DNA of 64,000 bases, taken from Candidatus Omnitrophota bacterium (GTDB taxonomy: Bacteria; Omnitrophota; Gorgyraeia; Gygaellales; Profunditerraquicolaceae). The DNA lies in the NCBI GenBank assembly GCA_030693145.1, contig JAUYBI010000068.1, positions 16,374 through 80,373 of the forward strand, read 5' to 3'. Shown here in pieces: positions 12,837 to 22,184 of the stretch. Positions within the stretch are counted from its first letter, which is position 1, and every line of letters begins with the position of its first letter. The notes beneath the pieces are model-generated. The model had not been told where the DNA came from and searched no databases. It saw only the letters and a program-made list of their open reading frames with translations. Both the position numbers and the translations under genes were made by a program.

Positions 12837-14108
12837 CTACGACAGCTTCTTAGCCTTGGCGATAATTTTTTGAGCCTTCTTTTCTCCAATACCCTTGATC
12901 TTAGTCAGCCCCTCCACCTGAAGTTTAATTACATCATCTACACTCTTGACGCCTGCTTCTTTTAAACTTTCGACGAGCTTCTCACTGACTTCTAGCAGTT
13001 CACCTAAAGAAGTTTCTTTTTTAGCACCGGACTTAGGCGCCTTTTTTCCTGTCTTTTTGGTTTCTTTCCTGGCTTTTTCAACCTTGGCGGAATCCGGCTG
13101 AATATCTTCTGCTTTCAAAACAGCAGCAGGGCCTTCTTCTGTTTTGCCGCCTAACGCCTCAGCAGCGATCATGCTCTTAGTGCGGATATCCAACTCCCAA
13201 CCCACGAGGCGGGAAGCTAAACGCACGTTCTGGCCATGCTTACCGATACTCAAAGATAACTGATCATCATCAACAATCACCCCGGCCTTCATTTTATCTC
13301 TGTCTAATTTTATCTCTGAAACCTTAGCCGGAGAAAGCGCGGCCTTGATATATTCACGGACATCATCATTAAAACGCACGATATCAATTTTCTCCCCTTG
13401 TAACTCATTAACAATATTTCTTACCCGATTTCCGCGCATGCCTACGCAAGCGCCTACAGCATCAACCTTATCATTCTTGGAATAGACCGAAATTTTAGTA
13501 CGTTCACCGGCTTGGCGCGATATGCCCCTGATCTCCACGATCCCTTCATAGATCTCCGGAACCTCCAGTTCAAATAATTCCTTAACTAAATTAGGATGGG
13601 CGCGCGACAAAACAATCTGCGGGCCCTTGGTATCTTTTTTTACCTCCACCACATAGGCCCGAATACGCTGTCCTTGCTTAAATTCTTCTTTGGGCGACTG
13701 TTCGCGTTTAAGCAAAACACCCTCGGCCTTACCCAACAAATCCACAATCACATTACCCTTTTCAAAACGGTAAACCGTACCGCTGACAATCTCTCCCACG
13801 CGGCTCTGGAATTCCGCAAAAACCACATCTTTTTCCGCCTCGCGCATTTTCTGGATAATTACCTGGCGCGCAGTAGAGGCGGCAATACGCCCAAAATCAA
13901 TATTGGTAACTAACTCATTATTACGAAAAGCGCGGATCTCTCCGGTAACCCGGTCAATCTGAACCTTAAATTCCTCATCCGGCTTTAAATCAATTACCCT
14001 TTTAGCAGCGCTAAGCATGGCGCTTTCTACAGCCTCCAGCATAATTTCTTTCTTAATCCCCTTTTCTCGTTCAATCTGTTCAATAATGGCTAAAAGTTCC
14101 TGACTCAT
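12837..14108 (-). CDS. nusA: Transcription termination factor NusA
   Basis: FGRIAASTARQVI, GACVGMRG, IGKHGQNVRLASRL, C-terminal HhH. Confidence 0.97.
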   Translation of the reverse strand: MSQELLAIIEQIEREKGIKKEIMLEAVESAMLSAAKRVIDLKPDEEFKVQIDRVTGEIRAFRNNELVTNIDFGRIAASTARQVIIQKMREAEKDVVFAEFQSRVGEIVSGTVYRFEKGNVIVDLLGKAEGVLLKREQSPKEEFKQGQRIRAYVVEVKKDTKGPQIVLSRAHPNLVKELFELEVPEIYEGIVEIRGISRQAGERTKISVYSKNDKVDAVGACVGMRGNRVRNIVNELQGEKIDIVRFNDDVREYIKAALSPAKVSEIKLDRDKMKAGVIVDDDQLSLSIGKHGQNVRLASRLVGWELDIRTKSMIAAEALGGKTEEGPAAVLKAEDIQPDSAKVEKARKETKKTGKKAPKSGAKKETSLGELLEVSEKLVESLKEAGVKSVDDVIKLQVEGLTKIKGIGEKKAQKIIAKAKKLS

Positions 14109-14235
14109 TTTTTTACTCTCCTAAATGAACGCTTAACTTACGAACACGACAGTGGACGTAAGTTAATGCGTGAATTTATCCCGAGCTATGAAAAGTATTT
14201 TTAAAATAAAAATGCTCAAGCGAGGGACTCCTCTG

Positions 14236-14676
14236 TTAAATTACTAATTGCGCCTTATTTATTTTGATTAACGGAATCTCCAAGCTCTCACCCGGAGCCT
14301 GAATAAACACAGTAGTTTCATCCACCTGAATGATCACTCCCTGCCACTGGCATTTACCATTCACTAAATCATTAAGGAAAAATACCACCTCTTTATTTAG
14401 GGAACGTAAAAAATCTCTTTGCCGCTTAAGCGGCCGGTCCAGCCCCGGCGAAGAAACTTCTAAAACATAATCCACGTCAATTATATTTTTTTCTTCCAGT
14501 AGGTTTTTAAGTTGGCGGCAAAGCCCGGCGCACTCTTGCAGGGTTATCCCGCCCTGCGGCTTATCCACCAAAACCGTTAAAACCCGTCTTTTTCCTTCAG
14601 ATCGACAAATCAGGTCAATCAGCTCAAGGTTCTGACTCTCCAGGTAACCGGAGAACAAAACATTTAATTCTTCCAT
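14236..14676 (-). CDS. rimP: Ribosome maturation factor RimP
   Basis: YVLEVSSPGLDRPL; upstream of nusA. Confidence 0.93.
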   Translation of the reverse strand: MEELNVLFSGYLESQNLELIDLICRSEGKRRVLTVLVDKPQGGITLQECAGLCRQLKNLLEEKNIIDVDYVLEVSSPGLDRPLKRQRDFLRSLNKEVVFFLNDLVNGKCQWQGVIIQVDETTVFIQAPGESLEIPLIKINKAQLVI

Positions 14677-15971
14677 TTTGTAATAAGCTTTACGGCGCTG
14701 TCTTTAGGTAAAACTTGGGTACTTTTATCTTTACGTATTCTTAATTCTATATTTCCTTCATCAATACTCTTTTTACCAATAATAATGCTTGCCGGTACAC
14801 CGATCAAATCCGCATCCTTAAATTTTACCCCCGCCCGCTCATCGCGGTCATCCAAAAGCACATCCAGGCCGCTGGCTTTAAGCTCCCAATATAAACTGTT
14901 GGCCAACTGCATAAGCTCCGGATTGGTTACATCTAAAGGCAGAATAATCATGTCAAAAGGAGCAACCTCACTAGGCCAAATAATTCCGTCAGTATCATTA
15001 TTCTGTTCGATAATCGCCGAAATCAGGCGCGATACTCCGATACCATAACAGCCCATAACCAAAGGCTTAAGCTGCCCGGAGCTGTCCGAAAAATTAGCCT
15101 GCATTGCCTGGCTGTATTTTGTACCCAACTTAAAGATATGGCCAACTTCAGTAGTATTAACTTCCTCCATTTCTAGCTGACAGTTAGGGCAAGAGCTTCT
15201 TCCTTCTTTCCCTGTATGGGAGGATCCCGCCGCATTTTCTATCTCCGGACGGGAAAAAGCCTTGGTCAGCTTGCATTTTGAACAAACCAAAACTATATCT
15301 TCACCCAGAGGTGAAGGTGCCATAAATTCATGTGAAACTTTGCCGCCCATCACCCCGGAATCCGCCTCGGTAATCAGAGTTTCCAGCCCGCATCGGGAGA
15401 ATACCCTCTTATACGCTGCATACATTAATTGATAATTTTTATCCAGTCCGGCTTCATCCTGATCAAAACTATAAGCATCCTTCATTATAAATTCACAGGC
15501 ACGGATTAAACCAAAACGCGGCCGGATCTCATCGCGAAATTTTGTCTGAATTTGGTATAAAATCAGAGGCAGTTGCCGGTAACTGGAAAGATTATTTTTT
15601 AACAACTCGGTAATTACCTCTTCATGCGTGGGGCCTAAACTTACTTTTCTGCCACGGCGGTCTTGAAATTGAAACATTACCTGGCCCAAATCTTTATCCC
15701 GTCCGGTTTTCTGCCAAAGCTCTAAAGGATGCAGTGCCGGCAAGAGCAGCTCACTGGCGCCGGCTGCATTCATCTCCTGGCGAATTATTCCCTGGATTTT
15801 TTCTAAAACCCGTAACCCTATCGGCAGATAAGTATAAACCCCCGCCATCAGCATGCGCACAAACCCGGCACGCAATAACAATTGATGGCTTAAGGATTCT
15901 GCTTCCTTGGGTGTTTCTTTTAACGTGGGAATAAATACTTTACTCCAAAACATATCAATTCTCCAACTCAA
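14664..15971 (-). CDS. proS: Proline--tRNA ligase (short form, no INS editing domain)
   Basis: SHQLLLRAG, LGPTHEE, FRDEIRPRFGL, MGCYGIGVSR. Confidence 0.96.
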   Translation of the reverse strand: MSWRIDMFWSKVFIPTLKETPKEAESLSHQLLLRAGFVRMLMAGVYTYLPIGLRVLEKIQGIIRQEMNAAGASELLLPALHPLELWQKTGRDKDLGQVMFQFQDRRGRKVSLGPTHEEVITELLKNNLSSYRQLPLILYQIQTKFRDEIRPRFGLIRACEFIMKDAYSFDQDEAGLDKNYQLMYAAYKRVFSRCGLETLITEADSGVMGGKVSHEFMAPSPLGEDIVLVCSKCKLTKAFSRPEIENAAGSSHTGKEGRSSCPNCQLEMEEVNTTEVGHIFKLGTKYSQAMQANFSDSSGQLKPLVMGCYGIGVSRLISAIIEQNNDTDGIIWPSEVAPFDMIILPLDVTNPELMQLANSLYWELKASGLDVLLDDRDERAGVKFKDADLIGVPASIIIGKKSIDEGNIELRIRKDKSTQVLPKDSAVKLITKWKN

Positions 15972-16004
15972 CCCCTGGATTGATGGTGAGCGAAAGTCGA
16001 ACCA

Positions 16005-17267
16005 TTAGTCCTTATTAAAAATTTCTTTAGGTAAAACTACTCCTCTTTTGCCAAAAATCGGATAAAATACAGGCACCACCCCCGTAGCTTTAAAACGGCC
16101 ATGCACATTTCCATTTTCATCCACATGTTCAATGTCGTAATAAAAAATATCCTCAAGATTCACCCAACCGTCTTTTAGGCCGTTAATCTGGGTAATCCGG
16201 GTAATCTTACGCGAACCATCAACCAGCTGATCCTGCTGAATAATTAGGTGTAAAGAGGAAACAATCTGCCGGTCTATCGCCTCTAAAGTTAGAGGAACCC
16301 CGGACATGAGAATCATTGTCTCTAACCTATACATCACATCCTGAGGGGTATCCGCGTGGATAACGGAAAGCGCTCCGCTGTGGCCGGAGCACATTGCCTG
16401 AAGCATATCCAGGGCTTCGGCGCTTCTAATTTCGCCTAAGATAATCCGCTGAGGCCGCATGCGCAAAGTATTAAGAAAAAGATCTCTCACGGTAATCTCG
16501 CCCTTGCCTTCAATATTCGCAGGCTTAGTCTCCAATCTGACTACGTGATCCTGCGCCAGATGCAACTCCGCCGTATCCTCAATAGTAATGGTCCGTTCGT
16601 CATTTCCAATATAGCTGGAAAGCACGCCGACAGTAGTAGTTTTTCCGCTGCCGGTAGCACCCGCGAACATAATATTGGCCTTACCCTTAATACAAGCAAT
16701 TAAAAAATCCGCCATTCTTCTATCTAACGTCCCTAAATTAATAAGATCTTCGGCATTTATAATTTTTTTAAGGAATTTGCGGATAGTTACGGTCGGGCCA
16801 TCCAAGGCCAGAGGCGGAATAATAATATTGACTCGCGAACCATCCGGCAGGCAGATATCCGTATAAGGAACCGATTCATCAACCCTTCTTCTGGTAGGGG
16901 ACAAAATCTTTTGAATAACATACATCAGCTGCTGATCACTATCGAACTTCATACCGGTCAGGGTTTTTTTACCATACTTTTCTACATAGACATTATGCCT
17001 GCCATTAATCATGATTTCCGTAATATCGGGATCCAGCATCAATTTCTCGATCGGCCCTAAACCCGCAAACTCATCAACCAATTCATTAATAATATTCTCT
17101 CTCTCCTGTTCCTTAAGCGGGCTGCGCGGCTGGCTTAAAACCCCTTCCAAAATATTCCTGACTACAGCGGCAACTTCGGCTTTGTTGTCGACATTTTTAA
17201 ATAAAATATTGCTGTATTTAGCCAAGAAATCTTCACGCACCCTACCCTTTAAAGTCAACTGAGCCAT
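16005..17267 (-). CDS. cpaF: CpaF/TadA family pilus assembly ATPase
   Basis: GATGSGKTT, TIEDTAEL, LRMRP.RIILGEIR, GHSG. Confidence 0.88.
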   Translation of the reverse strand: MAQLTLKGRVREDFLAKYSNILFKNVDNKAEVAAVVRNILEGVLSQPRSPLKEQERENIINELVDEFAGLGPIEKLMLDPDITEIMINGRHNVYVEKYGKKTLTGMKFDSDQQLMYVIQKILSPTRRRVDESVPYTDICLPDGSRVNIIIPPLALDGPTVTIRKFLKKIINAEDLINLGTLDRRMADFLIACIKGKANIMFAGATGSGKTTTVGVLSSYIGNDERTITIEDTAELHLAQDHVVRLETKPANIEGKGEITVRDLFLNTLRMRPQRIILGEIRSAEALDMLQAMCSGHSGALSVIHADTPQDVMYRLETMILMSGVPLTLEAIDRQIVSSLHLIIQQDQLVDGSRKITRITQINGLKDGWVNLEDIFYYDIEHVDENGNVHGRFKATGVVPVFYPIFGKRGVVLPKEIFNKD

Positions 17268-17289
17268 ATTCTCTCCTTATCTACTAAGA

Positions 17290-17372
17290 TAACACCGGCG
17301 CAATTCCGCTTAGCGCCGGGTGTCTTATCTAGCCAGACAACACCCGCGCAATTCAAATAAGCGCGGGGTGTC
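17290..17372. repeat. Palindromic repeat family E (AACACCGGCGCAAT..GCTTAGCGCCGGGTGTC), tandem units
   Basis: Near-identical units at 31843-31945. Confidence 0.75.
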
Positions 17373-18432
17373 TTGAATTAATCTCTTTTAACAGAGTTTG
17401 CACGCAGTCTTTCGCTAATACCTTCTTCACTATTTTACCTCGCGAAAATAAAATCCCTCCGCCTTTACCGAAAGCCACTCCCAAATCCGCTTCTTTTGCT
17501 TCTTGCGGCCCATTAACCACACAACCCATTATTGCTACTTTTAAAGAACGAGCGGATTGCTTATATTCTTTAGCGGCTAATTTATTTTCCAGGTCCTTAA
17601 CGATATTAATCAAATCTATTTCACAGCGCCCGCAAGTAGGGCAACTAATCAGCTGGACTCCTCCCCGGCGTAAACCTAAAGATTCCAAAATACATTTAGC
17701 TGCCCTTACCTCTTCGATGGGGTTATCCGTAAGCGACACCCTTATTGTATCACCGATACCCTCCAGCAGTAAAGACCCTAAAGCAATACTGGATTTAATA
17801 ACACCATTATAAGCAGAACCTGTGGCCGTAACCCCCAAATGCAGAGGATAACTGCAGGCTCTGGCGATCTTACGGTAAGCCTCAACCGTATCCAAAACAT
17901 TGTTCGCTTTAAGCGAGATTACGATATTAGTAAACTTTAACTTCTCAATCATTTTAAGATAACCCCGGCAAGCAGCTACCAATTTATCGGCCATCGAAGA
18001 TTTTCTAGAGCCTGTATCCTTTACCGAACCGCTATTCAACCCGATACGCAAAGGAATCTTAGCTGCTTTTAGCGCAGAGATAACTGCTTCTATCTGGCTA
18101 GGCTTATCAATGTTCCCGGGATTCAGCCTGATTTTATCTGCGCCATGCTCAATAGCCGCAATGGCCAGCCGATATGAAAAATGGATATCCGCTACTAACG
18201 GTAACCTTACCCTGAACTTAATTCTCCTGATAGCCGCTGCATCCGCTGAGTCCTTGACCGCCAAGCGCACAATCTGGCAGCCCGCCCCCTCTAATTGCTT
18301 GATTTGTTTGACGGTATTATCAATATCAGAGGTTTTGGTCTTAGTCATGGATTGAATAACAACGGAATTTTTGCCGCCGATTAGACAGGTGCCGATTTTA
18401 ATAACCTTACAATCTCTTCTTTGGATTTCCAT
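17353..18432 (-). CDS. ispG: HMBPP synthase IspG
   Basis: QSMT, PLVADIHF, RLNPGN, GIGDTIRVSLT, SCPTCGR, MGCVVNGP. Confidence 0.97.
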   Translation of the reverse strand: MEIQRRDCKVIKIGTCLIGGKNSVVIQSMTKTKTSDIDNTVKQIKQLEGAGCQIVRLAVKDSADAAAIRRIKFRVRLPLVADIHFSYRLAIAAIEHGADKIRLNPGNIDKPSQIEAVISALKAAKIPLRIGLNSGSVKDTGSRKSSMADKLVAACRGYLKMIEKLKFTNIVISLKANNVLDTVEAYRKIARACSYPLHLGVTATGSAYNGVIKSSIALGSLLLEGIGDTIRVSLTDNPIEEVRAAKCILESLGLRRGGVQLISCPTCGRCEIDLINIVKDLENKLAAKEYKQSARSLKVAIMGCVVNGPQEAKEADLGVAFGKGGGILFSRGKIVKKVLAKDCVQTLLKEINSRHPALI

Positions 18433-18433
18433 A

Positions 18434-19516
18434 TTATTTGGCTACCAATTTACTAAGCCTGTCTCCATAAAGCCTTAAGATATCATTATAGGTAACAAAC
18501 AAAGTCAGGGTAATTAACAGAGAAAAACCCAGATTATTAATTATCTCTTCTGCCTTAGCCCCTAATGCTTTTTTCCTTAATTTTTCCAAACCTAATAAAA
18601 ATAGATGGCCCCCATCCAGGATAGGCAACGGTAAAAGGTTAAAGATTGCCAGGCTGACGCTTAATACCGCAATCAGATGCATCAGGGCGACCAGGCCTAA
18701 TTTTGCCGCCTTGGAAGTAATAAAAAATATTCCCAGGGGGCCGGTCATCGAATCGCGCATCGACATCTTTCCGCTGACTAATTTCCACAAACCGGTATAA
18801 GTCATCGCCGTTAAATTAATAGTTTTCTTAAGGCCAAGATAGGCAGACTCAAAGAACCCGTGTTTGACTTCGATTATTTCATCAAAAGGAGAAATACCGA
18901 TAATTCCTAAAACACGCTTTTCTCCTGTTTGATCATCAAGGAGCTTATCCTTGATGGGAATATTAAGCTTAAACTCCTGATTACCCCGTAAAACTTCAAG
19001 GGCAACAGTCGATTTTATTTTTCTATCCCGGATCGCCTGCTGTAAATCCTCCCAGATATCAACTTTAGCGCCATCTACCGCGACAATCTTATCCCCCACC
19101 CGCAAGCCGGCAGCTTGGGCACCGTAGCCATCAATTAAACCGCCGACTTTAGTCGTAAGGCTGGGGTAACCCATGAAAAAAATTAACCAAAAAAATAAAA
19201 ATCCAAGAATATAATTTAATAGCGGGCCAAAGAAAATAATTTGAAATCGTTTCCCCGGAGTTTTATTAAAATATTCGTCTGTTTTTCCCTGATATTCTGA
19301 TTGGCTGTCTCCGGCCATTTTGACATACCCGCCCAAAGGGATCAAATTCAGGCTATACTCCGTATCGCCTTTTTTGGTTTTAAAAATACGCGGCCCGAAC
19401 CCTAAAGAGAACTGTTCAACGCGCACGCCATTAATGCGGGCGGCAATAAAATGCCCAAACTCATGCACAATGATCAACAGGCTCAGAATTAAAATAAAAA
19501 TAAGTACAGCCATCAT
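18434..19516 (-). CDS. rseP: RIP metalloprotease RseP
   Basis: HEFGH, PDZ domain, NLLPLPILDGG. Confidence 0.95.
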   Translation of the reverse strand: MMAVLIFILILSLLIIVHEFGHFIAARINGVRVEQFSLGFGPRIFKTKKGDTEYSLNLIPLGGYVKMAGDSQSEYQGKTDEYFNKTPGKRFQIIFFGPLLNYILGFLFFWLIFFMGYPSLTTKVGGLIDGYGAQAAGLRVGDKIVAVDGAKVDIWEDLQQAIRDRKIKSTVALEVLRGNQEFKLNIPIKDKLLDDQTGEKRVLGIIGISPFDEIIEVKHGFFESAYLGLKKTINLTAMTYTGLWKLVSGKMSMRDSMTGPLGIFFITSKAAKLGLVALMHLIAVLSVSLAIFNLLPLPILDGGHLFLLGLEKLRKKALGAKAEEIINNLGFSLLITLTLFVTYNDILRLYGDRLSKLVAK

Positions 19517-19539
19517 CTTTTAATAAAATCTCCGGTAAG

Positions 19540-20685
19540 TTAACAAGCCAACGCCAGAGCCTCTTCCCTGGCCCAGGCATCAGCGCACATAATCTGGTTA
19601 AGATTTGGGCTGGCAATTCTAGTGTGCCGCCGCATTACCTTTTCCACTATTTTTGGTATAGTTAAAAAACTAATCTTCTTCGCCAGAAACCTGTCCACGC
19701 TTGCTTCATTAGCCGCGTTTAAAACCGCCGGCATCGTCCCTAAATCCCGGGCAGCCTGATAAGCAAACGCCAGGCACGGAAATTTACTCAGATCCGGTTT
19801 TGCAAAATGAAGTTTACTTAAACCATAGAAATCAATTCCGGCAAGCGCACTAGGCAGCCGCTTAGGATAAGATAAAGCGTACTGGATAGGTATGCGCATA
19901 TCCGCAACTGAAAGCTGCGCCATAATCACCCCGTCATTAAATTCCACCATAGAATGAATCAGCGCCTCAGGATGAATCAATACTTTTATTTTTTCAACTC
20001 CTAAATTAAATAAGAACATTGCCTCCAGCAGTTCCAGCCCTTTATTCATTAAAGTCGCCGAATCTACCGTAATCTTCTTACCCATCTTCCAACGAGGATG
20101 CCGCAATACTTTGGCTATAGTCACCTGCTTAAATTTACTGCGCGGCAGGCTCCATAACGCGCCACCGGAAGCAGTCAGATATACCTGCCTGACATTAGCC
20201 GCACCCTGTCCGCCTAAGCTCTGCCAGATAGCTGACTGTTCACTATCCACCGGCCTGATCAGAACCTTATGTTCCCTGGCTAAGCGCATGACCATGGCTC
20301 CAGCCATGACTAAGGCTTCTTTATTCGCTAAGGCAATCTCTTTACCGCTTTTAATCGCACTAATTAAAGGAGCCAGAGCAGCAGAGCCGGTAATGGCGAC
20401 CATTACCTGCTGGATATTTTTATCCTTAACCAGTTCATCCAGGCCTTCTGGACCACAAAAGACTTTTATCGAAGACCCCAGGCTGGCCCTTAACTTCGCG
20501 GCTGCCCGCGGATCTCTAACGCATACCAGCTTGGGCTGAAATTCCCGGATCTGCTGTTTTAACTTAACAATATCCGAATTAACGCTTAAAGCCACGATCT
20601 TAAATTGCCGCGGTAAACTTCTGACTACTGCCAGCGTACTTTGGCCGATGGAGCCGCTAGAACCTAATACCGCAATGCTTTTCAT
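19540..20685 (-). CDS. dxr: 1-deoxy-D-xylulose-5-phosphate reductoisomerase
   Basis: LGSSGSIG, LANKE, PVDSE, W.MGKKITVDSATLMNKGLE. Confidence 0.97.
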   Translation of the reverse strand: MKSIAVLGSSGSIGQSTLAVVRSLPRQFKIVALSVNSDIVKLKQQIREFQPKLVCVRDPRAAAKLRASLGSSIKVFCGPEGLDELVKDKNIQQVMVAITGSAALAPLISAIKSGKEIALANKEALVMAGAMVMRLAREHKVLIRPVDSEQSAIWQSLGGQGAANVRQVYLTASGGALWSLPRSKFKQVTIAKVLRHPRWKMGKKITVDSATLMNKGLELLEAMFLFNLGVEKIKVLIHPEALIHSMVEFNDGVIMAQLSVADMRIPIQYALSYPKRLPSALAGIDFYGLSKLHFAKPDLSKFPCLAFAYQAARDLGTMPAVLNAANEASVDRFLAKKISFLTIPKIVEKVMRRHTRIASPNLNQIMCADAWAREEALALAC

Positions 20686-21477
20686 CTATAATCGCGCTAA
20701 AATAAAATAAAATACCGGAGCAGTAAATAACAAACTATCAATTTCATCTAATACCCCGCCCATGCCCGGAAAAATATCTCCGGAATCCTTAACTTGACAG
20801 TCCCGCTTAAGCAGCGATTCCGAAAGATCACCCAACTGGCCAAGAGCCCCTAAGCTCGCCGAAATGATCAGCAACTGTCCATATCCAAAGGGAAGAAATG
20901 GCTTACAAACTAACCCCCCTAAAATGCTAAAAAACAAACCTCCCAGCGCCCCTTCGATAGTCTTCTTCGGGCTAATGTGCGGCATTAAAAGTTTCTTACC
21001 CCATTTACTTCCCACTAAATATGCCCCAATATCCCCCAGCTTAGTGATTAATAACAAAGCCGTCAGAAAACCTAATCCCCCGGAGAGATATCTTATTTTG
21101 ATCAAGAAGCTAAAAAACCAGGAAACATAAAGTATGCCAAAAAGCGTGGTGGAGATATCCACAATCACTCCTGAGCTATCCCGGCGCTTGAATTGCATAA
21201 GGATAAGAAAAAACAAAGCCAAAACGATAAAGAGCAGCTCCCAGTTTTTGGTCGGCTCAAATCGAAACATTATGGATAAGGGAATAATCGTTCCCATACC
21301 GATCCCAAAATATTTGTAAATGCTTATCCCTTTTTTCTCAAGCATCACAAAATATTCATACAAACCTGCGATAATAAATAAAATAATTACCAAACTACAC
21401 AACCAATCAAAAAAGATTACTCCCGAAATAATACCAATGAGTATCGCGGAACTAACTATTCTTTTAATTAACATCAA
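20686..21477 (-). CDS. cdsA: Phosphatidate cytidylyltransferase
   Basis: ISPKKTIEG, GDLSESLLKRDCQVKDSG..PG.GGVLD; multiple TM segments. Confidence 0.95.
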   Translation of the reverse strand: MMLIKRIVSSAILIGIISGVIFFDWLCSLVIILFIIAGLYEYFVMLEKKGISIYKYFGIGMGTIIPLSIMFRFEPTKNWELLFIVLALFFLILMQFKRRDSSGVIVDISTTLFGILYVSWFFSFLIKIRYLSGGLGFLTALLLITKLGDIGAYLVGSKWGKKLLMPHISPKKTIEGALGGLFFSILGGLVCKPFLPFGYGQLLIISASLGALGQLGDLSESLLKRDCQVKDSGDIFPGMGGVLDEIDSLLFTAPVFYFILARL

Positions 21478-22183
21478 TGCCCCCGAATCTCCTGTCCCTT
21501 TTTTGATATTCCTTAATTGCTTCTTTTAACTGCTCTACCCCAAAATCCGGCCAGCATTTGCCGGAAAAGTAAAACTCCGAATATGATAGCTGCCAAAGCA
21601 AAAAATTACTAATGCGCATCTCATTACTTGTACGGATGAGCAGGTCCGGATCCGGAATATCCAAAGTATAAAAATACCGGCTAAACTCCCGCGCATCCAG
21701 GCTTTCCAAATCTGCCTTTGCCTCCAATACATCCCGGGCAAATTTTTTAGCAGCGTCTACAATTTCCTGCCTGCCTCCATAATTTAAAGCCAATACAACC
21801 CTTAAGCCGGTATTCTCCCTGGTCTTGCCTTGAGCTTTTTTAATTCTTGCCTGAAGATATTTAGGAAGAGGATCATCCCGGCCAATAACTGTAAAACGCA
21901 TATTATTTTTATGTAATACCTTGATCTCTTGTCCTAAGAAGTTATCCAGATAGCGCATCAAAAAATTTACTTCGCTTTTTGGCCTGCTCCAGTTTTCCGT
22001 AGAAAAAGCAAAGAAGGTTACAATCTGGATACCCAGGCTACCGGCACCCCGGATAATCTCCTTTACCCGCTGCGCGCCCTGGCGGTGTCCGGCAGTACGC
22101 GACAGGCCTCTTTCTTTAGCCCAACGGCCATTACCATCCATAATAAAAGCTATGTGTTTGGGGATTTTAAAATTATCCTGCAT
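21464..22183 (-). CDS. uppS: Undecaprenyl diphosphate synthase
   Basis: HIAFIMDGNGRWA, FSTENWSR, DLLIRTS.E.RISNFLLWQ. Confidence 0.97.
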   Translation of the reverse strand: MQDNFKIPKHIAFIMDGNGRWAKERGLSRTAGHRQGAQRVKEIIRGAGSLGIQIVTFFAFSTENWSRPKSEVNFLMRYLDNFLGQEIKVLHKNNMRFTVIGRDDPLPKYLQARIKKAQGKTRENTGLRVVLALNYGGRQEIVDAAKKFARDVLEAKADLESLDAREFSRYFYTLDIPDPDLLIRTSNEMRISNFLLWQLSYSEFYFSGKCWPDFGVEQLKEAIKEYQKRDRRFGGIDVN

Positions 22184-22184
22184 A

